Virus record (IMG/VR): IMGVR_UViG_3300036770_007495
Location: 124,001 to 188,000 of that record
Reading direction: 5' to 3' (one strand)
DNA length: 64,000 nucleotides
Every line of letters starts with the position of its first letter. The first letter of the stretch is position 1. Shown in pieces: positions 45,762 through 54,641 of this stretch. The notes below the pieces were generated by a model. That model was not told where the DNA came from, ran no database searches, and saw only the letters and a program-made list of their open reading frames with translations. A program made the position numbers and the translations under genes.

Positions 45762-46718
45762 TTAGTATTTGATGCAAGGAAGTAATGCAATGTTGCGTGG
45801 TCTGGTTTCTATACCCTGCAACTGAACATTGCTATTTTCAACTCTTGCTAGAGTATTTGATGGCGGGCTATTTACAAAAGAATCTGTAAATGCATTTGGA
45901 GAAGACTTAACAAATCCTGCTGCAAGAGCAGACTCAGATGTAAGATATCTAGCAGAAAATTCTGAACCTACATCTACTACGCGTGTCAGGAGATTGTGCT
46001 CACCAACTTGATGAGATTGATTGCTGCCAAAGGTTCTGCCTACATCAACATCAGCACGCTGATCACCGCCTGCTCGACTCCAGCCGCGAATAAATTCACC
46101 ACGCAAATCTGGTAGTTCACCGCCACTGCCATATGTAGCACCAAGAATAGCGTAAAGATTAGAGAAATCAGCAGCAATTCCTTGTGCTATACCATTGCCA
46201 TTCGGCACTTGACCACCACTGCAGATGAGATATCCAGTTGGCGCAGTTTGACCAGCAAACCAAAATACTGCGCCTGTTGGAACAGCAAATGCACCAGCAC
46301 CAACTGCTGCATCAACATATTGCTTGGTAACTGCATCCAGCAATTGAGTAGGATTTCCTGTGAGCGTCAAGTGTCCAGTCATGGTACCACCCGACAAAGC
46401 CAAAAATCCGGATTTTACATTGGCTAGAACTTGCGCGTCTTGTGTATCAACGTAGCCTTTGTTTGCTGCATCAAGAGTTTTAAATGGGCTGCCAGTAAGA
46501 GCCAAATAACCAGTCATTGCATCACCTGTTTTGCTCACTTTGTTGGTATAGATATCAGGTAGAATGATGCTGCTGATGGATTTGTAAAGTGTTGCAAAGC
46601 TTACTTTTTTGGTGTATCCATCACCACCAATTTGATCAACAACAAAAACATCGCCATTGTAAAGCAATGAAGCTGGTGGGAGTTGAGAAATGTTGACTTG
46701 TTGTGCTTGCTGGGCCAT
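45762..46718 (-). CDS. Tail collar domain fibre protein
   Basis: GD.MTG.L.L / DA.NK.YVD repeats, PTGAV..F..P.GYL.C.G, LPDLRGEFIRGW, ETRPRNIALLPCIKY. Confidence 0.92.
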   Translation of the reverse strand: MAQQAQQVNISQLPPASLLYNGDVFVVDQIGGDGYTKKVSFATLYKSISSIILPDIYTNKVSKTGDAMTGYLALTGSPFKTLDAANKGYVDTQDAQVLANVKSGFLALSGGTMTGHLTLTGNPTQLLDAVTKQYVDAAVGAGAFAVPTGAVFWFAGQTAPTGYLICSGGQVPNGNGIAQGIAADFSNLYAILGATYGSGGELPDLRGEFIRGWSRAGGDQRADVDVGRTFGSNQSHQVGEHNLLTRVVDVGSEFSARYLTSESALAAGFVKSSPNAFTDSFVNSPPSNTLARVENSNVQLQGIETRPRNIALLPCIKY

Positions 46719-46733
46719 ATGTGTATTTATGCG

Positions 46734-47381
46734 TCAAGAGGTGAGACGTGGAACGATGGAATACTGGAAAAAGCGTGTGGTGAGAGGCAACCCACTGCGA
46801 GTAGCAAGTTCTGCACCCACAACCTTGAGATTATCATCTTCTGCAACAATGGGCAGCTCGTTTTTGCTCAAATACAAATTGAAAGCATTGCCTTGAGCAT
46901 CACTTGCAACAGCAAAAACATCATGTGATGTAACAGGCATCAACTGTGTTGACATGATGTTGATCTCTTTTACAGTGTTGTAATAAGAATCTTTTGCCAA
47001 CTCAAACAACACCTTGTGAGTGCCTGTGTAGCTGGATGCATACTGCAAAACAAACAAAGCAGTTAATGTTGTGACAAATGAGGATGTCTGTTTGACATAA
47101 GTATGATTTATGTTTTGAGTGATGCTCATTATTTTGCCTGATTCAGCAATTTCAATGGCACCTGCAGATGCAATGGTGTTGTGCAAATCCAATGCATCTT
47201 CATATGTTGTTCCATCACCAAAATCCGCTACAATGTGCAGCACAGGATCTGTCTCTTCTTGAATTTGATACAAGTTGAAGTTGATGGGTGCAATGCCCTT
47301 GATGAAATAAGGTCCATACACACTCACATAATCAGCAACAGGCTGTGTAGCAGATAGGTTGATGTTTAAAGTTGCATTCAT
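46734..47381 (-). CDS. Structural protein with PKD-like Ig domain
   Basis: DFGDG...HTY motif; located in the tail block. Confidence 0.6.
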   Translation of the reverse strand: MNATLNINLSATQPVADYVSVYGPYFIKGIAPINFNLYQIQEETDPVLHIVADFGDGTTYEDALDLHNTIASAGAIEIAESGKIMSITQNINHTYVKQTSSFVTTLTALFVLQYASSYTGTHKVLFELAKDSYYNTVKEINIMSTQLMPVTSHDVFAVASDAQGNAFNLYLSKNELPIVAEDDNLKVVGAELATRSGLPLTTRFFQYSIVPRLTS

Positions 47382-50353
47382 TAGTTGAAGAAGAGAGCAC
47401 CATTTTGTGCATTGAAAGATGCATTGGCTGTTGACAACACATCAATGGTGGAGAATGTTGACAAAGCATTTACAAAGTTGTAAGTGAATGGCAAATCATC
47501 AGGAGCAAACACACCTGTCAAGTTGTCATCAAACACAATGGCATCACCAACCAAATTAAACCATGCGGCAAAAACATATGACATGTTGTTGAGGTCATAA
47601 CCTGTCCATGACAATGCATATTTGTCATTCTGCTGTGCATATGAAACATTTGCATTTCCATAACGAACAATGTTGACGCTGCTCAATGGATTTGCAAACA
47701 TTGAAGATAATGTTGATACATCTGCATTTGTTGGGAATTTCTTTTCAAATGCATTTGTTTTGACATTGTATCTGTAGATGGTTGGGTAAATGCATTTTGC
47801 ATTGGTTGCACTCAAAGCATCTTCAAGCAATGTTGTTTTGAATGTCCAGACATCATTTGTATGTTCCACAAAGAAGCTGTTGGAGCATTGCTCATTTGCA
47901 TTGATAGTGATGGTGCTGTTGAATGTGCCAGTTTTGATGAAGTTGCCTACATCATCCATTTCAATTTTATCAAACACAACATAGTGAGGTGTTTTGATGA
48001 TGATGGTGTTGTAAATGAGATTGAAATTCTCAACACTTGTTGAGTAAATTTCATTTTTAACTGCAGCAGGATACTTGAAGAAGGTTGCAGACAATGCTGA
48101 TGAGAGCGGCATCACCTGATTCTGAATGATGTTTTTCACAAGAATGCTACCAATCTTAGCTTTGATTTGCTCAAGTGTTTCATTGCTAATTTGTGCACTT
48201 GCTGCAACAATGGTAGTACATTCAGGATTTACTACTCCAATGTAATTGTCTAGTGATTCAGAATAATCATAATCAGCAATGGTGTAGCATTCATTGTTGA
48301 AGTAGTTGCTGTCAAACACCTGATAGATGTTGCTAGAGAGTGCTGGTGCTACAACAGTTGCTGTCAAAGCAGCCATGTTTCTACCAGGCACAAGCACATT
48401 GGTAGCGCTCAAACCTGCATCACACAAAATTGCATAATACACTTTGGAGTTGGCATTCCATGCAACAGAATCTGATGATACATCTGGTAAGATTGAATTG
48501 TCAGGTGCAGCAAAAAAGCCACCATCTCTGATGGAGCAAATGTAATTTGGATTGATGCTTGCGCATGCAAAGTATGGTGAGTATTCTCTAAAGTAAAGAG
48601 TGTATTTGCTGCCTGTGAGTGTAAACATTCCTGCACTTGCAAATGTGTATCCAGTGGAGAAGGTTCCACCTCCAGGAGGCAATGCATCAATGGTCTTTGC
48701 AGTCAATCCTGTTCTGATGGATCCAAAATAATCATCATCTACAATTGCATAGTCGAAACCAAATCCTTGTTCAACATCATTGAATACATGTCCATCAATG
48801 GTGATGCATTTGGAGTTGATGTTGTTGATGTTGTTGATGTTTTGATTGTAACGCTTGACATCTTTGAGCAAGCCAAATTCATTGCCATACACATCCTGCT
48901 TGTATTGTGTAAAGATGCCTTCATCAAAAACGCGCTGCAAATGCACATCAAATGCAGATGCATTGTGTGTGTCAGCATTGATGTACAGAGGTTCAGAAAA
49001 GTATGCAAAGAAGTTTTGCAAATACTCACTGCTCTTGATGTATCCATAAGCAAGACCTGCATCAAGCTTTTTGACATTGCCAGAATAGTCTATTGCAAAC
49101 TGCAAAGGATATGGCAAATTGCTGAAGTAAAAATTGGTTACATTGCCATAAATGTTTGGATCAGGAAATACGTAAACATGGTTGGGCTTCAAGCTGCCCT
49201 GATTTACATAATATGACTTGCTGGGAGCAGCAAATTGCAACACACCCATTTTGTCTGGGCGGAAAAACAATCCCAGCTGCTGGGCAGTTTTGAGTTGATC
49301 TTCTGGAACAGTTGCTGTGGTAACAAATCGTTTGTTGACAAGATTGCCACATGCATTTTCAGCCTTGAAAAGTGTGCCTGAAACAAACTGACTTTGCGAG
49401 TTGGTGGACAGGTAATAGAAGTCTGTACCAATGTATTTTTGCACCAATTTGCGCTTGAGTGCATATGTGGAAGACAATGCTTGTGTATCTGCATTGAGCA
49501 ACTCAGCAATGGGATTGATTTCGCAATTGAAATCAAACAAAGTTTTCTCAATGAAGCGCTGCGGATTAATGACCAAGCCTGCACCAATTTCTTTGAGATA
49601 AAAAGGTGTTGCAAAGATGTCTGCAAGAACAGCATTGCTAAATCCAAGAAACAATTGCGCAGAAATTGTATTCACATTGCTTGTGAAGTACTTGCGACGC
49701 AATTCATTTGTTATCTGCAAATCATCAGGTGTTGCAGATGGATCCAAATCAAAATAATTGCTGTATGTATCAAAGTAGTCAACTACATCAATTTGCAAAG
49801 TCTGCGCAATCTGCTGCAAATCAATGTTGATTGCGCCTTCATCTTCTGCTGCATACAAATAGTCAATGATGTTTTGAAATACTGTTTTCTCAATGGATGT
49901 TGTTGATCCTTTGATGCGTACTTCTTGAGATCTGGACTTTATTGCTTCACGCTTTTTAGCATAAAACAAGCAGATGTCTTTGAGCTTTTGAGCATAAAAT
50001 GGAATTGCAATGGCAAGATCTGATGCATCATCATAATCAAGATTGCTGAGAAATCGCTTCTCATCAATGGTAGTAAAATTGATGGCAATGTCTCTGAGCA
50101 GATCCACATAACGCTGCCTGATTTCATTGGTTTGAACTGCAGGTGTTTCATTGGTCTGCAAATACCATTGCTGCAAATAATCATTGTAGCCTTGAGTAAA
50201 TTGCTCTGGCGTAGCCACCTGCTTGGAATACTTGAGATATTCAAAGAAGGAGAATGGCTGAAAATTGTCCAAAGTGTCGGCGGTGCCAACGTTTGCATTG
50301 GTTATTGAGTAGTCAACTGTTGCAGACCCAAAGTTGAAGTTGTTAGATGCCAT
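47381..50353 (-). CDS. Large virion structural protein
   Basis: ~990 aa, first gene of the tail block; TAAATA 6 nt before ATG 50353. Confidence 0.7.
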   Translation of the reverse strand: MASNNFNFGSATVDYSITNANVGTADTLDNFQPFSFFEYLKYSKQVATPEQFTQGYNDYLQQWYLQTNETPAVQTNEIRQRYVDLLRDIAINFTTIDEKRFLSNLDYDDASDLAIAIPFYAQKLKDICLFYAKKREAIKSRSQEVRIKGSTTSIEKTVFQNIIDYLYAAEDEGAINIDLQQIAQTLQIDVVDYFDTYSNYFDLDPSATPDDLQITNELRRKYFTSNVNTISAQLFLGFSNAVLADIFATPFYLKEIGAGLVINPQRFIEKTLFDFNCEINPIAELLNADTQALSSTYALKRKLVQKYIGTDFYYLSTNSQSQFVSGTLFKAENACGNLVNKRFVTTATVPEDQLKTAQQLGLFFRPDKMGVLQFAAPSKSYYVNQGSLKPNHVYVFPDPNIYGNVTNFYFSNLPYPLQFAIDYSGNVKKLDAGLAYGYIKSSEYLQNFFAYFSEPLYINADTHNASAFDVHLQRVFDEGIFTQYKQDVYGNEFGLLKDVKRYNQNINNINNINSKCITIDGHVFNDVEQGFGFDYAIVDDDYFGSIRTGLTAKTIDALPPGGGTFSTGYTFASAGMFTLTGSKYTLYFREYSPYFACASINPNYICSIRDGGFFAAPDNSILPDVSSDSVAWNANSKVYYAILCDAGLSATNVLVPGRNMAALTATVVAPALSSNIYQVFDSNYFNNECYTIADYDYSESLDNYIGVVNPECTTIVAASAQISNETLEQIKAKIGSILVKNIIQNQVMPLSSALSATFFKYPAAVKNEIYSTSVENFNLIYNTIIIKTPHYVVFDKIEMDDVGNFIKTGTFNSTITINANEQCSNSFFVEHTNDVWTFKTTLLEDALSATNAKCIYPTIYRYNVKTNAFEKKFPTNADVSTLSSMFANPLSSVNIVRYGNANVSYAQQNDKYALSWTGYDLNNMSYVFAAWFNLVGDAIVFDDNLTGVFAPDDLPFTYNFVNALSTFSTIDVLSTANASFNAQNGALFFN
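48815..48841. repeat. Short tandem 9-mer repeat encoding NINNINNIN
   Basis: (GTTGATGTT)x3 on + strand; coordinates approximate. Confidence 0.6.
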
Positions 50354-50396
50354 CACAGTTATTTAAACGCATGGCGCAGAAATGTAAATCATTTTA

Positions 50397-50855
50397 TCAA
50401 CGGTACCAGGAATCATTACGCTCAAAAGCATCTTGAAGAGTTGATTCAGCAATTTCCATTTCTTCAAAAGTTACATCCTCAGTAACATCTACAGCATCTT
50501 TGTGTTCATCACCAACTTCAAAAATGCCTGTTACTTCCAAATCTTCAATTTCAGGCCAACGACTTCCAATGTATCCATTTGATGCATTTGGACGCTCTTC
50601 TTCTATGGTGTATGTAACTTCTCCTTCAAGCACATAATCACCTGGTCTGTTTGGAAATTTCACAGTAATGTCATCACCCTTCCATGTCTGCTGAACGAAT
50701 CTAAAATCATCATCAAGATCACCATCATAGTCACGTTCTTCTTCCTGCTCCGCAGCAGAAGCAGAATGATCGTACTGCTCAACGTTTTCTTCACGCTTCT
50801 GCTTTTCTTTGGTTTCATTGTATACAACTCGATTGTAGAGTCTGTTAAAATTCAT
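50397..50855 (-). CDS. Acidic late protein, candidate internal head protein
   Basis: TAAATA 5 nt upstream; N-terminus MNFNRLYNRVVYNE. Confidence 0.75.
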   Translation of the reverse strand: MNFNRLYNRVVYNETKEKQKREENVEQYDHSASAAEQEEERDYDGDLDDDFRFVQQTWKGDDITVKFPNRPGDYVLEGEVTYTIEEERPNASNGYIGSRWPEIEDLEVTGIFEVGDEHKDAVDVTEDVTFEEMEIAESTLQDAFERNDSWYR

Positions 50856-50863
50856 AATGCTAT

Positions 50864-51328
50864 TTAATACTCGCCAATTGTTATTTTTGACATGGTTTTG
50901 TACAGCTGCAGCACATATTTGAACTGTTTTTCATGCTTGCGGCACATTTTTTCTGCAGGTGAGCTAAAGTATTTGGACTCTGGCACAATTTGCTTTTCAT
51001 GCCACTTCATCACATTGAATTGATGCCAATGCATCATCTCATGCATGATGCTGATGAACAATTGTTTTTGTAGTTTTTTTGCATCAGTGCATTCAATTAT
51101 TCTGTTGCACAAAAAAACTTCATCCTCAAATGCATAATATCCATAATTTACATCATCTCTCTTGTCTACTCTCAATGCAATGTAATGATGCTTTACTGGT
51201 GTTGAATCACAGTCAAAATGAACATTGTAGAATGCTGTATATGCAGCACCAAAAGTGACGCAATCAAAATTACACTCATCAAGAATTTTCTTGGCTATGC
51301 CTGATGGATAAAAATGAAATACTTTCAT
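50864..51328 (-). CDS. Zincin-like metallopeptidase (HExxH)
   Basis: SIMHEMMHWHQ...Y..SP.E; likely start MKVFHF at 51328. Confidence 0.7.
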   Translation of the reverse strand: MKVFHFYPSGIAKKILDECNFDCVTFGAAYTAFYNVHFDCDSTPVKHHYIALRVDKRDDVNYGYYAFEDEVFLCNRIIECTDAKKLQKQLFISIMHEMMHWHQFNVMKWHEKQIVPESKYFSSPAEKMCRKHEKQFKYVLQLYKTMSKITIGEY

Positions 51329-51373
51329 AGCTTTTGCAAATGGGCATAAATAAACTTGTCCATTGTATTTACT

Positions 51374-51784
51374 ATGAGCTTTCCAACATTCAAAACATTT
51401 TTTGAAACTACTGCAACTGATCCGACTGTTAATAAAGCTGTCAATGGATATGGTGATGGAAATGCTGCAGGCAAAATGAGAACCAGCCGCATAACTGGCA
51501 CCAGCAAAAACCCAAATTTGCTTGCTCAAAGCTCCATCAACACTCAAACTGCAACTAAAAACAACAAGATTGACAAAGTTGCAAATAATCCTGCAGCACA
51601 AGAAGTTTTGAATGATCTTGATTTGCAAGAAATTCAAAACACTCACGGCATTGATTTGAATCAAATGCAAAATGATCAGCCCAAGCAAGTCAATGCAAAA
51701 ATTAATGCAGCAGTTGTAAAGTCTGTTGATGCAACAGGCAAGCCAATTTACAGATTGATTCACTACAAGCCAATTCAGCAATGA
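51374..51784 (+). CDS. Hypothetical protein, candidate internal head protein
   Basis: N-terminus MSFPTFKTFFE; ATGA overlap with gp14. Confidence 0.7.
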   Translation: MSFPTFKTFFETTATDPTVNKAVNGYGDGNAAGKMRTSRITGTSKNPNLLAQSSINTQTATKNNKIDKVANNPAAQEVLNDLDLQEIQNTHGIDLNQMQNDQPKQVNAKINAAVVKSVDATGKPIYRLIHYKPIQQ

Positions 51785-52575
51785 GTTACTACTCCGGAGC
51801 ATATCAAGCACCAACATGCGGCGTGTTTTACACTGGCGCTAACAATGGAAACTTTGATTGTCAAGTCAATGTCAACAACTTGAACAACAATGCTTCTGAA
51901 CGTGAAACCATCTCCAATTCCATTCAAGAAGCCATCAATCGATTTGGATCCACTGTAGCATACTATGTGAATACATACAATGTATCTGCTGCAAACAACA
52001 TTTATGGTGAAGATCCAACCAGCACATTCTTTGGTCCAACCAATGTGGTGATGTACATCAAATTGTCTGAAAATTCAGTTACATTGCGCAGATTTGGCTT
52101 TGATAGTGGTGATGACATTACAGCATATGTGCACATCAGTTCATATTATGCAACATTTGCACCATTGAGTGTGTATCCTGCATTGCAGCAAGCCATTGAA
52201 CCCAAAGCAGGTGATGTATTCCAGATGATTCAGTATGGTGCAACCAGACCAGGTGATCGCAATGGCAAATTCTTCGAAATCACTGAAAGAGTTGATCAAG
52301 AAATGGATGATCCAAGCATGAATCCATTGGGTGGACACTACATGTGGAAATTGCGTGCTCGCCGTCTTGACTTTAGCTTTGAGCCTGGATTGTCTGGTGA
52401 AAGAGGTGCTGCACAGGTGTTTGACAATGCTCTCAATGGCATCATGCCTGGCGGTACACAACAACCTTCACCTGACAAGACATATCCCGGCAGCGCAGAT
52501 GCAGAAAGCCTCAACATTTTTGATCAAAGTGTAAACAACACAAGTGTTTATGGAGAATATGGTTACAACCCTTGA
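51781..52575 (+). CDS. 14: gp14-like neck protein
   Basis: E.I..FG..V.Y...IYGED....F...MY...FG...D...PK.GD....FFEIT. Confidence 0.8.
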   Translation: MSYYSGAYQAPTCGVFYTGANNGNFDCQVNVNNLNNNASERETISNSIQEAINRFGSTVAYYVNTYNVSAANNIYGEDPTSTFFGPTNVVMYIKLSENSVTLRRFGFDSGDDITAYVHISSYYATFAPLSVYPALQQAIEPKAGDVFQMIQYGATRPGDRNGKFFEITERVDQEMDDPSMNPLGGHYMWKLRARRLDFSFEPGLSGERGAAQVFDNALNGIMPGGTQQPSPDKTYPGSADAESLNIFDQSVNNTSVYGEYGYNP

Positions 52576-52599
52576 TTTTTCATTGCATGGTGTTATTAT
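52572..52599 (+). promoter_or_regulatory. Sigma70-like promoter; -35 box contains the gp14 TGA stop
   Basis: TTGATT-N13-TGT-TATTAT (extended -10), 7 nt before ATG 52607. Confidence 0.65.
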
Positions 52600-52606
52600 T
52601 TGATAG

Positions 52607-53323
52607 ATGATCACATTTGATGAAGCAAATCACAAGTATTACAATGAGTTTGGCACTGAATACATTAGTGTAACAACTTTTTTGAATACATTAAAGAAGC
52701 CTTTTGATACTGAAAAGCACGCTGCACGTGTTGCTGAAAAGAACAATACTACACCTGATGCAATCAAAGCAACATGGAAAGCATTGACTGTTGAAGCTCA
52801 AGAAAAGGGCAAGGCTTTTCACAAAGCCATGGAAGATTACATCAAATATGGAGAGATTGATGCTCAATATTCAGATCTCATCAAAAGTCTCAACAAGGCC
52901 AGTGAAGGCTTCAAGGCCAACAAGAAGACAGCAGAAGGTTTGCTGTGGAATGATGAATCACAAATTGCAGGAACAGCGGATTTGGTGTTGGAAAATGATG
53001 ATGATTTCTTCATCTTGGACTTCAAAACCAACAAAAAGTTCACTTTTATGAATGCTTTTGGTGAAAAATTACTTGCACCTCTCGACTTCTTAGATTATTG
53101 TGAGTTTACAATTTACTCTTTGCAATTGTCCTTGTATGCTTACATGAAGCAAAAGCTCACTGGAAAGCACTGCAAGGGGTTGAAAGTGCTTTACTTGACT
53201 GTAAATACATTCAACAACACAAGATATTGGAGAGAAATTCCCATCATCTATTGCAAAGACACCATTGAAAAACTAATACAACATCGCAAAGCATCTCTAT
53301 CTACACAGCATGCAAATACATGA
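52607..53323 (+). CDS. PD-(D/E)XK exonuclease
   Basis: H.Y...SVTT, G..FH..ME, AGTADL, DFKT, Y.LQLS.YA. Confidence 0.88.
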   Translation: MITFDEANHKYYNEFGTEYISVTTFLNTLKKPFDTEKHAARVAEKNNTTPDAIKATWKALTVEAQEKGKAFHKAMEDYIKYGEIDAQYSDLIKSLNKASEGFKANKKTAEGLLWNDESQIAGTADLVLENDDDFFILDFKTNKKFTFMNAFGEKLLAPLDFLDYCEFTIYSLQLSLYAYMKQKLTGKHCKGLKVLYLTVNTFNNTRYWREIPIIYCKDTIEKLIQHRKASLSTQHANT

Positions 53324-53723
53324 TACTGCAAATAGTCGGTTCTCCAAATCCAAAGTTGAAGAGTTTTGGAGAATGGTTGAAGGGGTAAAATGGGAAGAAG
53401 GCCGTAGTGCTGAAACCATTAAATTGGATCTGATGAAAATCATGACTCCCTCTTGTGCTGAAACCAACAAGCGCATTGCTTATTTCTATGCTCTGCATTT
53501 GGTTGATGCTTTCAAAAAGTGGCAGCATACAGCAGGTGATGAAGAGAAGTATGACATGATTGATCTTGAATTTGCTGCAAGCAATGCAGTTGGTGGTGGT
53601 AAATTCAATTATGATCAGTTTGTTGCTGCACCGCAGTATCTTGCAGCAGAAGCTAATAATGTGTCTATTGAAGACAACTTCATGAAATGCTTGCCAACTG
53701 ATGATGATTACTACTATCAATAA
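53310..53723 (+). CDS. Hypothetical protein
   Basis: 137-aa ORF ending before the bidirectional terminator. Confidence 0.65.
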   Translation: MQIHDTANSRFSKSKVEEFWRMVEGVKWEEGRSAETIKLDLMKIMTPSCAETNKRIAYFYALHLVDAFKKWQHTAGDEEKYDMIDLEFAASNAVGGGKFNYDQFVAAPQYLAAEANNVSIEDNFMKCLPTDDDYYYQ

Positions 53724-53743
53724 TTAAAACAACAATCAACAAC

Positions 53744-53777
53744 AAAAAAAAAGAGCGGCATTTCTGCCGCTCTTTTT
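53744..53777. terminator. Bidirectional intrinsic terminator
   Basis: A-run + GAGCGGCA-TTTC-TGCCGCTC + T-run between convergent genes (GAAA loop on the - strand). Confidence 0.92.
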
Positions 53778-53800
53778 GTTTTCAATGTTCTCTTTTACTC

Positions 53801-54607
53801 TCAGTCAAAGATTGATTTGCCAGGAGTGAGCTTGCTGTTGACTTTCATGCTGCCTTTGCTCATGAGAGTCTTGCCCTTGTCACCAAGTGCCTTTGGTTCT
53901 GCTTCAAGATCAACGTTAACAGAGGCATCAGCCTTGCCGCCAGTCTTGCCTGTTACAGTACCGCCCACTTTCATCTTGCCCTTGCCCATGAGATCATGGC
54001 CTTTGTTGCCAATTGGCTTTGGAGAAGGCTCAACTACAACGCTTTCTGGAAATGCTCCTTCATCTTCGTCTTCATCATCCATCATCTCATCACCGAGATC
54101 AGCGCCAAGATCTTCTGCGCCCAATTCTTCATCGGTCATTTCATCTTCCATGCCGCCTTCAAGCTGGCCCATGAGTGCATCATGAAGCTTCTGTGCAAGT
54201 TCACGTGGAAGAGAAATTGTGATTTCTGTTTCATCACCCATGTCATCAGAAACATCAACATCAAGAGCTTCAAGGTCTTGGTTTTCAGTATCCATGTCAG
54301 ATGGGTTGTCCATCACTTCTTCGTAGAGAGTATCAAAAAGAGATTTTTGTGTCATACCGGTATTTAGGGCCACTGCCTGTGCTTTTTCAACTCCTAAAGA
54401 AAATTTTTGAGGCTCAAACAAATTATTTTTCTTGCCCTTCTTGGAGTCCAGTGCTGGTACAAAGCCTGAAGCATTGGCAGGGCCACCTTTTTTGTCCATG
54501 TCCATGATTTCAGCGCCCATGGTTGGCTTTTTAATTTTCATTGTTGGCAGTGGCTTGCCGCCTTTGCCGCCTTTGAGTTTGATTTTGACTGTAGATTTGC
54601 GTTGCAT
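53801..54607 (-). CDS. Late low-complexity protein (basic N-terminus, acidic core, two C-terminal repeats); possible prohead core/internal protein with an internal isoform from 54355
   Basis: TAAATA 5 nt before ATG 54607 and again 5 nt before in-frame ATG 54355. Confidence 0.75.
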   Translation of the reverse strand: MQRKSTVKIKLKGGKGGKPLPTMKIKKPTMGAEIMDMDKKGGPANASGFVPALDSKKGKKNNLFEPQKFSLGVEKAQAVALNTGMTQKSLFDTLYEEVMDNPSDMDTENQDLEALDVDVSDDMGDETEITISLPRELAQKLHDALMGQLEGGMEDEMTDEELGAEDLGADLGDEMMDDEDEDEGAFPESVVVEPSPKPIGNKGHDLMGKGKMKVGGTVTGKTGGKADASVNVDLEAEPKALGDKGKTLMSKGSMKVNSKLTPGKSIFD

Positions 54608-54612
54608 AGCAT

Positions 54613-54633
54613 TATTTAGGGCTGCAATAAATA
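54613..54633. promoter_or_regulatory. Back-to-back divergent late promoters
   Basis: TATTTA 54613-54618 (-) and TAAATA 54628-54633 (+). Confidence 0.75.
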
Positions 54634-54641
54634 AAAGCACT

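Noticed and set aside
51325-51371. 12-aa upstream ORF (MDKFIYAHLQKL) coupled to the HExxH gene behind a TAAATA
   Set aside because: Box-to-ATG spacing is only 2 nt, off the 5-8 nt pattern; likely chance
52607-53323. Cas4 / CRISPR association
   Set aside because: No 1+3 Fe-S cysteine pattern and no repeat-spacer array seen
54432-54641. 5' extension of terminase (likewise uvsX from 12350, 2663-3163, 16273-16797, 50864-51817)
   Set aside because: Extensions overlap opposite-strand genes or terminators; promoter position and motifs support the downstream ATGs
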